A stretch of 64,000 bases of DNA from an uncultured delta proteobacterium (GCA_963822965.1 CAWGJT010000005.1:1920001-1984000), one strand, 5' to 3'; counted from the stretch's first letter, positions 50,498 through 59,880 are shown. A program made the numbers and translations. Notes: generated from the letters alone by a model not told the origin.

Positions 50498-51292
50498 TCA
50501 GTCCACCACCGAGGCGCCGAGCGATTCGGAGAGCTGCCGGGCGGACTCCGTCAGCGCCGGCACGACCCGCGAGAAGAGATCCTCCTCGGAGAGCCGGAAC
50601 GCCGGGCCCGAGACCGACATGGCCGCGACGACCTCGCCACCGTCGCCGTGGACCGGGACGGCCGCGCAGTTCAGACCCGCCTCGCACTCTCCGAGATCGA
50701 ACGCATAGCCTTGACCGGCTACGGTCCGGAGCTGCTCGAATAGCTTCGCACCGTCGACCACGGTGTCCGGCGTCCTGGCCTCGAGCCCGCCAGCGGCGAC
50801 CACCGACCGATCGAAGCTCTCGCGCGTGGCCTTGTCGGCACAGCCGACCAGCACCTTGCCGAGAGCACTGCAGTGGGCGGGCAGCCTCTCTCCCACCCGC
50901 GAGGAGGTGACCAGGAGTCGCTTCGGCTCGATCCCGTCGAGGTGGACCACCTCGAAGTCCCGCAGCACGCCCAGGTGAGCGGTCTCGTCCAGCCCCCGCA
51001 CGAGATCGGCGAGCACGGGACGGGCGCGTTCGAGCAGGCTGTGGCTGCGCGCGTAGGCGCGGCCGAGCTCGAGGGAGCGTACGCCGAGGCGGTAGCGGTC
51101 GGTCGCTGTGCTCTGCTCGACATAGCCGCCGAGCTCCAGTGTGGCGAGCAGACGGAAGACGTTGTTCTTGTGCAATCCGAGGCGACGGGAGAGCTCGCTG
51201 ACTCCGAGCTCGGGCTCGCTGTAGAAGACTTCCAGCAAGCGCAGCGCATTGCTCACGGTCTGGATCGTGTAGTCGCTCTTCGGCTTGCTCAT
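50498..51292 (-). CDS. IclR family transcriptional regulator
   Basis: N-terminal winged HTH; HCSALGKVL, GYAFD.GE...CAAVPV and SVSGP motifs; GAGAGG SD. Confidence 0.95.
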   Translation of the reverse strand: MSKPKSDYTIQTVSNALRLLEVFYSEPELGVSELSRRLGLHKNNVFRLLATLELGGYVEQSTATDRYRLGVRSLELGRAYARSHSLLERARPVLADLVRGLDETAHLGVLRDFEVVHLDGIEPKRLLVTSSRVGERLPAHCSALGKVLVGCADKATRESFDRSVVAAGGLEARTPDTVVDGAKLFEQLRTVAGQGYAFDLGECEAGLNCAAVPVHGDGGEVVAAMSVSGPAFRLSEEDLFSRVVPALTESARQLSESLGASVVD

Positions 51293-51365
51293 TTCCGGGG
51301 CACCTCTCTCGACATCCGGCGCTGGGCTCGGAATGTCCGGGGGGGTTAGAAAGGCGGATCAGCTT

Positions 51366-51397
51366 TTCTGGCTTCTGGCTTCTGGCTTCTGGCTTCT
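51366..51397. repeat. Heptamer tandem repeat (TTCTGGC) x4.6
   Basis: Read directly from the sequence. Confidence 0.92.
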
Positions 51398-51457
51398 CGG
51401 AGGATCGTGGCTCCCCGTCTGGTTCGACCGTCTCTGTCGCTTCGGGGGTACTCGGGT

Positions 51458-51670
51458 TCCCTTCTCTTCTACCTCTCTTCCTTCCTACCTCTGCTTCCGC
51501 TGCTTCTTCTATTATTGCCTCTGCTTCTACTTCAGCCTCTGCTTCCTCTACAGCTCTACAGCTCTACTACCTACTCCATCTCGGCTCTGCTTCTCCGCTC
51601 TGCTTTCTCCGCTCTGCTTTTTCCGCTCTGCTTTTTCCGCTCTCCTTTTTCCGCATTCCATCCCTCCCCC
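51458..51670. repeat. Pyrimidine/purine strand-biased low-complexity tract with ~14-bp repeats (CCGCTCTGCTTTYT)
   Basis: Plus strand is strongly C/T-biased; about 5 degenerate 13-14-mer copies at ~51583-51654. Confidence 0.9.
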
Positions 51671-51785
51671 TCGTGGGCCGCCGAGGTGCTCTGCGAGCTC
51701 TTCGTTGCCTGCCTCGAGGGGTAGAACTGCTCTGATGACGGTTGAGAGTCCGTGAAGGTTTCGTGAATGTGGAGCGGAAACCAGA

Positions 51786-51812
51786 GTTATAGGGGGGGCC
51801 GTTCGTTGTCAA
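51786..51812 (-). promoter_or_regulatory. sigma70-type promoter facing iclR (TTGACA-N15-TATAAC) with a 7-nt homopolymer in the spacer
   Basis: Near-consensus hexamers in a GC-rich genome; the 15-nt spacer includes G7 at 51792-51798 (plus strand). Confidence 0.65.
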
Positions 51813-52009
51813 CATACCATCTCGGGCGCGCTCACTCTTTTGGGGCGGCTAACACATTTCTGAGTAGTCGGGACCCTGGAGAGATCGGCGTTTCACAACG
51901 GAATTCGAAATCGCGAACCACGCGGGAAAAATCTTCACGCGGCGTGCATCCTGTGTGAGCGGACCGCGCGCGAATCCGCACATCCCCGGGCGTTGGGGGG
52001 CACGACGCC

Positions 52010-52504
52010 TCAGGCGGCGCGCGAGACGGCTTCGCGGGACAGCAGATCGGTCATGAGGGCAGCCACCCCCATCACGATGCATACGTCGGCGACGTTGAAG
52101 TCGGGCCAGGCATAGCCCGCCCACAGGCGGACATGAAGGAAGTCGATGACCTCGCCTCGCCAGATGCGGTCGAGGAAATTTCCGGCTGCACCAGCGAGGA
52201 CGAGACTCAATCCGAGAGATTGAATCCGGTCCCCCGGGGCCAACCGATGGTAGAAGCCGGCAATCACCAGGATCGCGATCAGCGACACGACCGCGAATCC
52301 GACCAGACGGCCATCCGACGCCATGGACGCGAACAGCCCGAAGGCCGCGCCCGGGTTGCGCGCGTGGGTGATGTAGAGGAAGCCGCCCAGGATCGGGATC
52401 CGCTCGCCGTGGACGAGCCGCGTCTCGACGAGCAGCTTGCAGAACTGATCCGCCGGCAACGCGCAGACCATCACACCCAACAGGATCCGGAGCTTCGGCG
52501 GCAC
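52010..52504 (-). CDS. lspA: Signal peptidase II
   Basis: DQFCK, NPGAAFG, GAAGNFLDR, VIDF and FNVAD motifs. Confidence 0.95.
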   Translation of the reverse strand: MPPKLRILLGVMVCALPADQFCKLLVETRLVHGERIPILGGFLYITHARNPGAAFGLFASMASDGRLVGFAVVSLIAILVIAGFYHRLAPGDRIQSLGLSLVLAGAAGNFLDRIWRGEVIDFLHVRLWAGYAWPDFNVADVCIVMGVAALMTDLLSREAVSRAA

Positions 52505-52807
52505 TAGCGTCCCGTCCCGGAAGCTCGCCGGCGATCGGCCGCCCCTGCGGCTCGCCGGCTTCGTTGCGCTCCCATCTCGGTCGCGGCGGTCGCGCCGCGG
52601 TCGCGGGACACCAGTATCCCGTCCCGGAAGTTCGCCTGCATTCGGTCGCCCCTGCGCCCCGCCGACTGCGTTGCGCTCCCCTCGCCGTAGCGGGCTACGC
52701 CTCGGTCGCGCGCCTTGCCGGCGGGACGCACGAGCGACCTCGGTGCGATCGAGCGCACACCCGGCAGCGAGTCAATTTGGCGCCGAGCTTCCGGGACGGG
52801 ACACTAG
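52504..52807. mobile_element. Tandem MITE-like element(s) with a 19-bp perfect outer TIR and CTAG flanks
   Basis: GTCCCGTCCCGGAAGCTCG (52509-52527) pairs with CGAGCTTCCGGGACGGGAC (52784-52802); internal junction GGGACA-CCAG-TATCCCGTCCCGGAAG at ~52605-52630; the first ~65 bp is duplicated. Confidence 0.85.
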
Positions 52808-53322
52808 CGGAGTTCCGCGGCGGACAGGGATCCGTCGTCCCACACGTCCGGGGCCGCGTTGCGAGCCTGCTCGAGCAGCGGGAGCCCCTCGTCGAAGCGA
52901 CCGCTCTCGTACAGCGCCTGACCCCGCAGGCCGACGAGGTGCGGCTCGACCCTCGGGGAGGGTCCGCCTTCGGCGCGGAACAACGCGTCGGCCTTGTCGA
53001 GGAACGAGAGCGCCCAGGCGGGATCGTTGGTCTCCGCGTGGTGCCGCGCGATGGCCAGGTACGCGTAGGGATTGTTGGGATCCACGCGGAGGGCCTCCTC
53101 ATAGATGCCCATGGCGCGCTCGGGCTGGTCCGATGCATCGGCGTCGAGCCCCGTCACCACGATGCGCAGCGAGGCGCGCCGCGCCGGATCGCCTTCGCTC
53201 GTGACCTCGCTGATCCGCAGCGGCGCGAGGGTTTCCTCGGGTGGGCGGGCGAACCGGAGCGCGCACGAGGTCGCGAAGAGCGAGAGCGCCACCAGCAACC
53301 CCACCGCCGCGCGATTCGTCAT
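52804..53322 (-). CDS. TPR lipoprotein, candidate PBP1B activator (LpoP-like)
   Basis: Lipobox FATS-C; TPR-like helices; ATGA-coupled to mrcB. Confidence 0.8.
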   Translation of the reverse strand: MTNRAAVGLLVALSLFATSCALRFARPPEETLAPLRISEVTSEGDPARRASLRIVVTGLDADASDQPERAMGIYEEALRVDPNNPYAYLAIARHHAETNDPAWALSFLDKADALFRAEGGPSPRVEPHLVGLRGQALYESGRFDEGLPLLEQARNAAPDVWDDGSLSAAELR

Positions 53323-55817
53323 CGGCCGAAGATCCGATCCCAGAACCCGCCGCCTTCGGGCCGCCGGGCACGGCGGCTGCCCGAGTCGTCGTCCTCCGGC
53401 TCGGTGCTGGTGCTCCGCCACGTGCAGATGCGGCTCGGCTCCGTTCCGCGCAGGAACACCTCGGGCACCCGCTCGGGACAGCCGACCATCGCGACGGCTC
53501 CCGTCTCCGGATTGATGTCGAGCTCGCGCACGCTCGGCGGGTGCAGGAAGGCACCCCGCACCTGCTTGCCGGTGGCGACGCTCATGAAATCGGCCCATAT
53601 GGGGAGGGCCCCCCAGCTGCTCTGGACGCCTATGGTACGCGGCTCGTCGAACCCGACCCAGACCACGGCCACGAGCTCCGGCGTGAAGCCCACGAACCAC
53701 AGGTCGTACTCGTCGTCGGTGGTTCCCGTCTTTCCCGCAACGGGGCCGACGAACCCCATGCTCCGCACCCGGCGTCCGGTGCCGCGGTCGATCACGCCTT
53801 CGAGCATCGACGTGGCGAGATAGGCGACGCCCTCGTCGAGCACGCGCTCGAAGCGAAGCTCCCGGCGCTCGAGGGTACGGCCGTGGGCGACCACGTCCTC
53901 GAAGGTGTGTGGCTGCGGGCGGATGCCGCCGTTGGCGATGGTCGAGTACGCGCGCGCGATCTCGATGGGCGCCACGGACGCGGTGCCAAGAGGCAGGCTC
54001 GGCACGCGGGGCAGATCGCTCGTCACGCCCAGACGGTGCGCCACGTCGATCACCCGGTCGACGCCCACCTCCATCCCCACCCGAATGGCGGGAATGTTGA
54101 TCGAGCCCTCGAGGGCGCGACGAGCGGTGACCGGTCCGCGGAACTGGTGATCGTAGTTCTGCGGCTGCCAGGTTCCGTCGCGGGTCTCGAGCTCGAGCGG
54201 CGAGTCCGAGAGCAGGCTGGCCAGGGTGATGACCGGCGGCTTCGACCCCACCGGCTCGAGCGCGGCGATGTAGGTGAACGGCTTGAAGGTGCTGCCGGCC
54301 TGGCGACGGGCCTGGGTGCAGCGATCGAACTGCGAGAGCCCGTAGTCGCGACCGCCCACGAGGGCCAGCACCTCCCCGGTCTGGGGTCGCATCGCGATCA
54401 GGCACCCCTGGAGTCGCCGGTTCGGGTCTTCCTCGCGCAGCTTCGGATAGCGCTTCTCGATCCGCTCGAGGCCCCGGGACAGGGCGCGCACCGCCGCGCG
54501 CTGGAGCCGCGGGTCGAGGGTGGAGTAGATCTCGAGTCCCTCCGCGGCCAGCACGTCCTTGTCGTACATCTCCGGAAGCTGGCGTCGCAGCACGTCGAGG
54601 AAGTAGCGCGACTCGCCGACCTCGGGTGTGACCGTCGCCACGCGAATCGGCTGGGACCGCGCGAGCTCGTACTCCTCGCGGCTCAAGCGACCCTGCTCGA
54701 GCATCAGCTTGAGCACGAGATTGCGCCGCTCCAGCGCCTTCTCCGGATGGCGATGGGGCGAGATGCGGTTCGGGGACTGGACGATGGCGGCGAGCAGCGC
54801 GCTCTCGGCCACGCTGAGCTCGCTGGCCCGCTTGCCGAAGTAGAACTTCGCTGCCTCGCCCATCCCGTGGATCTCGGTGGAGCCGCGCTGACCGAGATAG
54901 ATCTCGTTCAGGTAGCTCTCGAGGATCGCCTCCTTGTCGTAACGGGCCTCCACGAGCAGGGCCATCACGGCCTCGGTGAACTTCCGGCGCAGGGTCTGCT
55001 CGGGGGTGAGGAAGAAGTTCTTGACGAGCTGCTGCGTGAGGGTGCTCGCGCCCTGGCGGATGCCGCCGGCCCGCAGGTTCGCCAGCAAGGCGCCCGCGAT
55101 GCGGCGCGGGTCCACGCCGTGGTGGCTCTCGAAGCGCTGGTCCTCGATGGCCAGCACCGCATCGGACAGATGACGCGGCAGATCCTCGAGCCGCACGAGG
55201 TCGCGCTGCTCGCGGTCCACCCCGTAGTAGGCCCCCACCAGCTCCGGCTCCAGCAGAACGGCGCCCATCTCGTGGCCGCCGTAGCGCTCGACGATGGAGT
55301 CGATGAGGTCGCCCGCCAGGTGGATCGTCACGTAGCGCGCCGGCTCCTGGCGCGACGGGTGGTCGAAAGCCCGCAGGTACACCCGCAGCTCGCCCTTGCC
55401 CCAGCGGTAGCGGCCGGGCGCCAGCTCACCGGAGCCCGTGTCCTCCCGGTAGCCCAGACGATCGAGGGTCTGGGGCAGCTCGATGCGCTTCCAGTCGAGC
55501 CCGGGGTAGAGGATGGTGGGCGCCGACAGCACCCGGGAGGGGACCGAGAAGCGGCGGCCCTCGAAGCGTTCGACCACGATGCGGTCCTGCTCGAGCACCC
55601 AGCTCGACGCCCAGAAGCCGGCCAACACCGCCGCGACCGCGAGCAGACGGCCGGCGGTCCGGACACGCCGCCGCGCCGTCGAGTCGCCCCCGCCGCCGCG
55701 CGGGCTCCTCTTCGTCGAGCGCCCGGAGGAGGCGGCCTTCCGGCGCGCGGTCTTCCGGCTGCCCGAGCCCCGGGTGCCGCCGCCCTTCCCCCTGCCTGCC
55801 GATCCGCTGCCCGCCAA
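53319..55817 (-). CDS. mrcB: Penicillin-binding protein 1B (UB2H, transglycosylase, transpeptidase)
   Basis: EDQRF..HHG, GASTLTQQLVK, RKFTE, STFK, SIN and KTG motifs; start uncertain. Confidence 0.93.
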   Translation of the reverse strand: MAGSGSAGRGKGGGTRGSGSRKTARRKAASSGRSTKRSPRGGGGDSTARRRVRTAGRLLAVAAVLAGFWASSWVLEQDRIVVERFEGRRFSVPSRVLSAPTILYPGLDWKRIELPQTLDRLGYREDTGSGELAPGRYRWGKGELRVYLRAFDHPSRQEPARYVTIHLAGDLIDSIVERYGGHEMGAVLLEPELVGAYYGVDREQRDLVRLEDLPRHLSDAVLAIEDQRFESHHGVDPRRIAGALLANLRAGGIRQGASTLTQQLVKNFFLTPEQTLRRKFTEAVMALLVEARYDKEAILESYLNEIYLGQRGSTEIHGMGEAAKFYFGKRASELSVAESALLAAIVQSPNRISPHRHPEKALERRNLVLKLMLEQGRLSREEYELARSQPIRVATVTPEVGESRYFLDVLRRQLPEMYDKDVLAAEGLEIYSTLDPRLQRAAVRALSRGLERIEKRYPKLREEDPNRRLQGCLIAMRPQTGEVLALVGGRDYGLSQFDRCTQARRQAGSTFKPFTYIAALEPVGSKPPVITLASLLSDSPLELETRDGTWQPQNYDHQFRGPVTARRALEGSINIPAIRVGMEVGVDRVIDVAHRLGVTSDLPRVPSLPLGTASVAPIEIARAYSTIANGGIRPQPHTFEDVVAHGRTLERRELRFERVLDEGVAYLATSMLEGVIDRGTGRRVRSMGFVGPVAGKTGTTDDEYDLWFVGFTPELVAVVWVGFDEPRTIGVQSSWGALPIWADFMSVATGKQVRGAFLHPPSVRELDINPETGAVAMVGCPERVPEVFLRGTEPSRICTWRSTSTEPEDDDSGSRRARRPEGGGFWDRIFGR

Positions 55818-55914
55818 GTGACGCCCCCCACCCCGCAGCCAGCGTACCGCTTCCCGCGTCGCTGCGAGGCGTCCGCGGCTTGTGGTTCCCCCGCGAAACC
55901 GCGAGATTACCCGC

Positions 55915-57348
55915 ATGTCGAGCGACAAGAAGCCTTGGGGCGGACGCTTCGCCGGGGCGACCGATCCCGCCGTCGAGCGCTTCAGCGCCTCGGTCCACTT
56001 CGACCGGGCGCTGGCGCGCTACGACATCCGGGGATCCATCGCCCACGCCCGCATGCTGGGGCGCACCGGACTCGTCTCGCCGGCCGATGTCGACGCCCTC
56101 GTCGCCGGGCTGCAGAAGATAGAGAGCGAGCTGGAGTCGGGTGAGTTCCCCTTCGATCCCCGCCTCGAGGACATCCACATGAACGTCGAGGCCCGGCTCC
56201 GCAGCCACGTCGGGGACGTAGCGGGCCGGCTGCACACGGGCCGCTCGCGCAACGACCAGGTGGCCACGGATCTGGCCCTCTACCTCCGGGACGCCTGCGC
56301 GGCGGCGGGGCGCGGGCTGGTGGAGCTGCGCCGGGCCCTCGTCGACCGGGCCCGGGAGCACGTCGACACGATCCTGCCGGGCTATACGCACCTCCAGCGC
56401 GCCCAGCCCGTGCGCCTCGCCCACCACTGGCTGGCCCACGTGGAGGCCCTGGGGCGGGACGCGTCGCGCTTCCGGGACGCCCGGGAGAGGCTGGCCGGGT
56501 CACCCCTGGGCGCCGGGGCCCTGGCCGGCTCCACCCTGCCCCTGGACCGCGAGGACACCGCCGCCGCCCTGGGCTTCCGCGCGCCCACCCGCAACAGCAT
56601 GGACACCGTCTCGGCGCGGGACGGCGCCATGGAGTTCCTGGCGGCGACGGCCATCACGATGGTGCAGCTCTCCCGGCTGGCCGAAGAGCTGGTGCTGTGG
56701 TCGAGCGCCGAGTTCGGCTTCGTCGAGCTGGCCGACGCCTACTCGACGGGCTCGAGCCTGATGCCCCAGAAGAAGAACCCGGACGTGCCCGAGCTGGTGC
56801 GCGGCAAGACCGGCCGCGCCGTCGGCAACCTCGTCTCCCTGCTCACCACCATGAAGGGGCTGCCGCTCACCTACAACCGGGACATGCAGGAGGACAAGGA
56901 GCCGATCTTCGACTCCGCGGCGACGCTCGCCGATTCGCTCGAGGTGATGGCGGGCGCGATCGCCACGCTGCGAGTGGACGTGGAGCGCATGCGGGCCGCC
57001 GCCGAGGACCCGATGCTGCTCGCCACGGACCTGGCGGAGGTGCTCGTGCGCGAGGGGGTCCCGTTCCGGGAGGCGCACGAGGCAGTCGGGCGCATCGTCG
57101 GACACTGCACCCGGGCAGGCCTGGACCTGCGGTCGCTCGGCCTGGACGAGATGCGCGGCTTCCACCGGGCGTTTCCCGCCGCCGCCGGCGAGCTGCTCGA
57201 TCTCACCCGCAGCGTCGAGCAGCGCCGGCTCACCGGAGGCACGGCCGGCGAACGCGTGCGCGCGGCCCTCGAGCACGCCAGCGAGGAGCTGGAAGAAGAG
57301 GCCAAGGCCCTGGAGCTGGCGGCCGGGCCACCCGGACCCCCACGATGA
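55915..57348 (+). CDS. argH: Argininosuccinate lyase
   Basis: WGGRF, HTGRSRNDQ, GYTHLQRAQP and GSSLMPQKKNPD motifs. Confidence 0.98.
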   Translation: MSSDKKPWGGRFAGATDPAVERFSASVHFDRALARYDIRGSIAHARMLGRTGLVSPADVDALVAGLQKIESELESGEFPFDPRLEDIHMNVEARLRSHVGDVAGRLHTGRSRNDQVATDLALYLRDACAAAGRGLVELRRALVDRAREHVDTILPGYTHLQRAQPVRLAHHWLAHVEALGRDASRFRDARERLAGSPLGAGALAGSTLPLDREDTAAALGFRAPTRNSMDTVSARDGAMEFLAATAITMVQLSRLAEELVLWSSAEFGFVELADAYSTGSSLMPQKKNPDVPELVRGKTGRAVGNLVSLLTTMKGLPLTYNRDMQEDKEPIFDSAATLADSLEVMAGAIATLRVDVERMRAAAEDPMLLATDLAEVLVREGVPFREAHEAVGRIVGHCTRAGLDLRSLGLDEMRGFHRAFPAAAGELLDLTRSVEQRRLTGGTAGERVRAALEHASEELEEEAKALELAAGPPGPPR

Positions 57349-57575
57349 GGCGTTCCGCGGCGCTGCTCTTCGGATTGTCCGGGCTGCTGCTGGCGGGACC
57401 GTTCGCCGGATGCGGGCGCTACGGCAAGCCCGAGCGCTACCCGCCCCCGCCGCCCCCGGAATCCCGCCTGGCCGACCACGCGAGCGGCGCCGAGAAGCGG
57501 TACACCTTGGAGAGCCGCGAGGCGACCGATCCGGGCCCGGACGGGACTCCGGTGGCGGGCCGCGCGAGCCGCTAG
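57345..57575 (+). CDS. Small lipoprotein (LptM/YifL/LppL-like)
   Basis: MRR + hydrophobic stretch + FAG-CGRYGKP + Pro-rich tail; lies between argH and lysA. Confidence 0.7.
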   Translation: MRRSAALLFGLSGLLLAGPFAGCGRYGKPERYPPPPPPESRLADHASGAEKRYTLESREATDPGPDGTPVAGRASR

Positions 57576-57684
57576 AGGGTCCGGAGACGATGGCGGCGGC
57601 GCGCCAGCCGCCCGTTGGCCGGGCCGACCCCCGGAGCCGGAGCGAAGAGCCGAAGGCGAGCCAGAGGATGAGGAACCCGAACCC

Positions 57685-58959
57685 ATGAGTGACGCCCCCT
57701 TCGAGGCGTTTCCTCGACGCGACGGCGACCTGTACGTCGAGGGCGTGTCGGTCGCCGAGATCGTCGCGCGCGTCGGAACGCCCGCCTACCTCTACAGCGC
57801 GGGTGCGCTCGAGGCGGCCCACGACGCCCTGGCGAAGGCCTTCGCCGGCAACCGACATCTCGTCTGCTACGCCATCAAGGCCAACATGAACCTGGCCGTC
57901 GTGAACACGCTCGTGCGTCGCGGCGCGGGCGTCGACGTGACCAGCGGCGGCGAGCTCTTCCGCGCCCTGCGCGCCGGCGCCGACGCGCGCAAGATCGTGT
58001 ACTCCGGGGTCGGCAAGCGCGACGACGAGATCCGGGCCGCCCTCGACGCGGACATCAAGCTCTTCAACGTCGAATCGCGGGCCGAGCTGCGCCACATCGA
58101 CGCGGTTGCGGGCGACCTGGGGGTGCGTGCGCCGATCACCTTCCGGGTCAACCCCGACGTCGATCCGAAGACCCATCCCTACATCTCCACCGGGCTACGG
58201 ACGAGCAAGTTCGGCATTCCCATCACCGAAGCCGTGGACGCGTACGCGGAGGCCAAGGCGCTCTCCCACGTCGACGTCGTGGGCGTCGACTGCCACATCG
58301 GCTCGCAGCTCGTCAGCGTCCAGCCCATTGCGGACGCGCTCGCCCGGGTGCGCGACCTCGTGCTCGAGCTGCGCGCCGCCGGACACGCCATCGAGGTGAT
58401 CGACGTGGGCGGCGGGCTGGGCGTCACCTACGCCGAGGAGACGCCGCCCACGCCGCGCGAGTACGCGGCCGCCGTCCTCGGCGCCGTGGGAGACCTGGGC
58501 TGCGAGATCGTCGTCGAGCCCGGCCGTTCGATCACGGCGAACGCCGGCATCTTCGTGACCCGCGTCCTCTACACGAAGGGCACCGACGAGAAGAGCTTCG
58601 TCATCGTCGACGGCGCCATGAACGACCTGCTGCGACCGGCCCTCTATGGCTCGTACCAGCGGGTCGAGCCCGTCGGACCCGCCCGGGCCGGCACCCGCAA
58701 GATCGACATCGTGGGGCCCGTGTGCGAATCGGGCGACTTCCTGGCGAAGGATCGCTCGTTCCCGCACGTCGAGGAGGGCGACCTGCTGGCGGTGCGCTCC
58801 GCAGGCGCCTACGGGTTCGCGATGTCGTCGAACTACAACGGCCGACCCCGGTCCGCCGAGGTGCTGGTGCGCGGCGACCGCTTCGCGGTGGTCCGCGAGC
58901 GCGAGCGGCTGGAAGACCTCATCCGCGGGGAGTCGATCGCAGAGGACCTCTTCTCGTGA
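57685..58959 (+). CDS. lysA: Diaminopimelate decarboxylase
   Basis: YAIKAN, HIGSQ, GGGLG, EPGR, CESGD and GAYG...SNYN motifs. Confidence 0.97.
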   Translation: MSDAPFEAFPRRDGDLYVEGVSVAEIVARVGTPAYLYSAGALEAAHDALAKAFAGNRHLVCYAIKANMNLAVVNTLVRRGAGVDVTSGGELFRALRAGADARKIVYSGVGKRDDEIRAALDADIKLFNVESRAELRHIDAVAGDLGVRAPITFRVNPDVDPKTHPYISTGLRTSKFGIPITEAVDAYAEAKALSHVDVVGVDCHIGSQLVSVQPIADALARVRDLVLELRAAGHAIEVIDVGGGLGVTYAEETPPTPREYAAAVLGAVGDLGCEIVVEPGRSITANAGIFVTRVLYTKGTDEKSFVIVDGAMNDLLRPALYGSYQRVEPVGPARAGTRKIDIVGPVCESGDFLAKDRSFPHVEEGDLLAVRSAGAYGFAMSSNYNGRPRSAEVLVRGDRFAVVRERERLEDLIRGESIAEDLFS

Positions 58960-59843
58960 GCGGCGACGGCGACACCACCGGAACCCCGCGCTCCGTCGAG
59001 TTCACGAAGATGCACGGCGCGGGCAACGACTTCGTGATGCTCGACGGCATCCGCCAGTCGCTCCCCGAGATGGAGTCGTTCGCCCGGCGCATCGGTCATC
59101 GCCAGCTCGGCATCGGCTGCGACCAGATCCTGGTGGCGCGACGGCCGCGCGACCCGGACAGCGCGGACTTCCGGATGGAGATCTACAACCAGGACGGCTC
59201 CCAGGTAGAGATGTGCGGCAACGGCATCCGCGCCTTCTTCAAGTACCTGCGCGACCACGGGCACACCTGCGCGGACGAGCTGCGGGTGGAGACCCTGGCC
59301 GGCGTGGTGGTGCCGCGCTGGGCGGGAGACGACCTGGTGCGGGTGGACATGGGACGCCCGGTGCTGGCGCCTGCAAAGATCCCCACCACCCTCGCGTCCG
59401 GCGACGGCCCCGTGCTGGACGTCACGCTCGTCTTCGACGACGGCGCCGATCCCTCCGAGGTGATCCTCTCCTCGGCGTCCATGGGGAACCCGCACGCCGT
59501 GGTCGTGGTGCCGGACGTGGAGACCGCGCCCGTGACGAGCCTCGGCCCGCGCATCGAGCACCACCCCGCCTTTCCCGCCCGCACCAACGTGGAGTTCGTC
59601 GAGATCGTCGCGCGCGATCACGTCCGGCAACGCACCTGGGAACGGGGCATGGGCGAGACGCTCGCCTGCGGCAGCGGCGCCTGCGCGGTGGGCGTGGTCT
59701 CCATGCTACGCGGCGTGGTGGACCGCGAGGTGCGGGTCGAGCTGCGCGGCGGCGACCTCACCATCGCCTGGGCGGGCGAAGACGCATCCGTGTTCATGAC
59801 CGGCCCGGCCGCGGAGGTCTTCACGGGCCGGATCGCCGTATGA
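58956..59843 (+). CDS. dapF: Diaminopimelate epimerase
   Basis: FTKMHGAGNDF, MCGNG, GNPH and ERGMGETLACGSG motifs. Confidence 0.97.
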   Translation: MSGDGDTTGTPRSVEFTKMHGAGNDFVMLDGIRQSLPEMESFARRIGHRQLGIGCDQILVARRPRDPDSADFRMEIYNQDGSQVEMCGNGIRAFFKYLRDHGHTCADELRVETLAGVVVPRWAGDDLVRVDMGRPVLAPAKIPTTLASGDGPVLDVTLVFDDGADPSEVILSSASMGNPHAVVVVPDVETAPVTSLGPRIEHHPAFPARTNVEFVEIVARDHVRQRTWERGMGETLACGSGACAVGVVSMLRGVVDREVRVELRGGDLTIAWAGEDASVFMTGPAAEVFTGRIAV

Positions 59844-59880
59844 CCGCCGGGCGCCACGGCCGACGGGCGAGGAGGCAGCC

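Noticed and set aside
51285..51815. ORFs across the low-complexity tract (51285-51755, 51407-51724, 51567-51815)
   Set aside because: Their composition reflects the repeats, and they lack convincing SD sequences or typical codon usage
57572..57684. CTAG followed by AGGGTCCGG as a third MITE end
   Set aside because: No matching right end or core sequence
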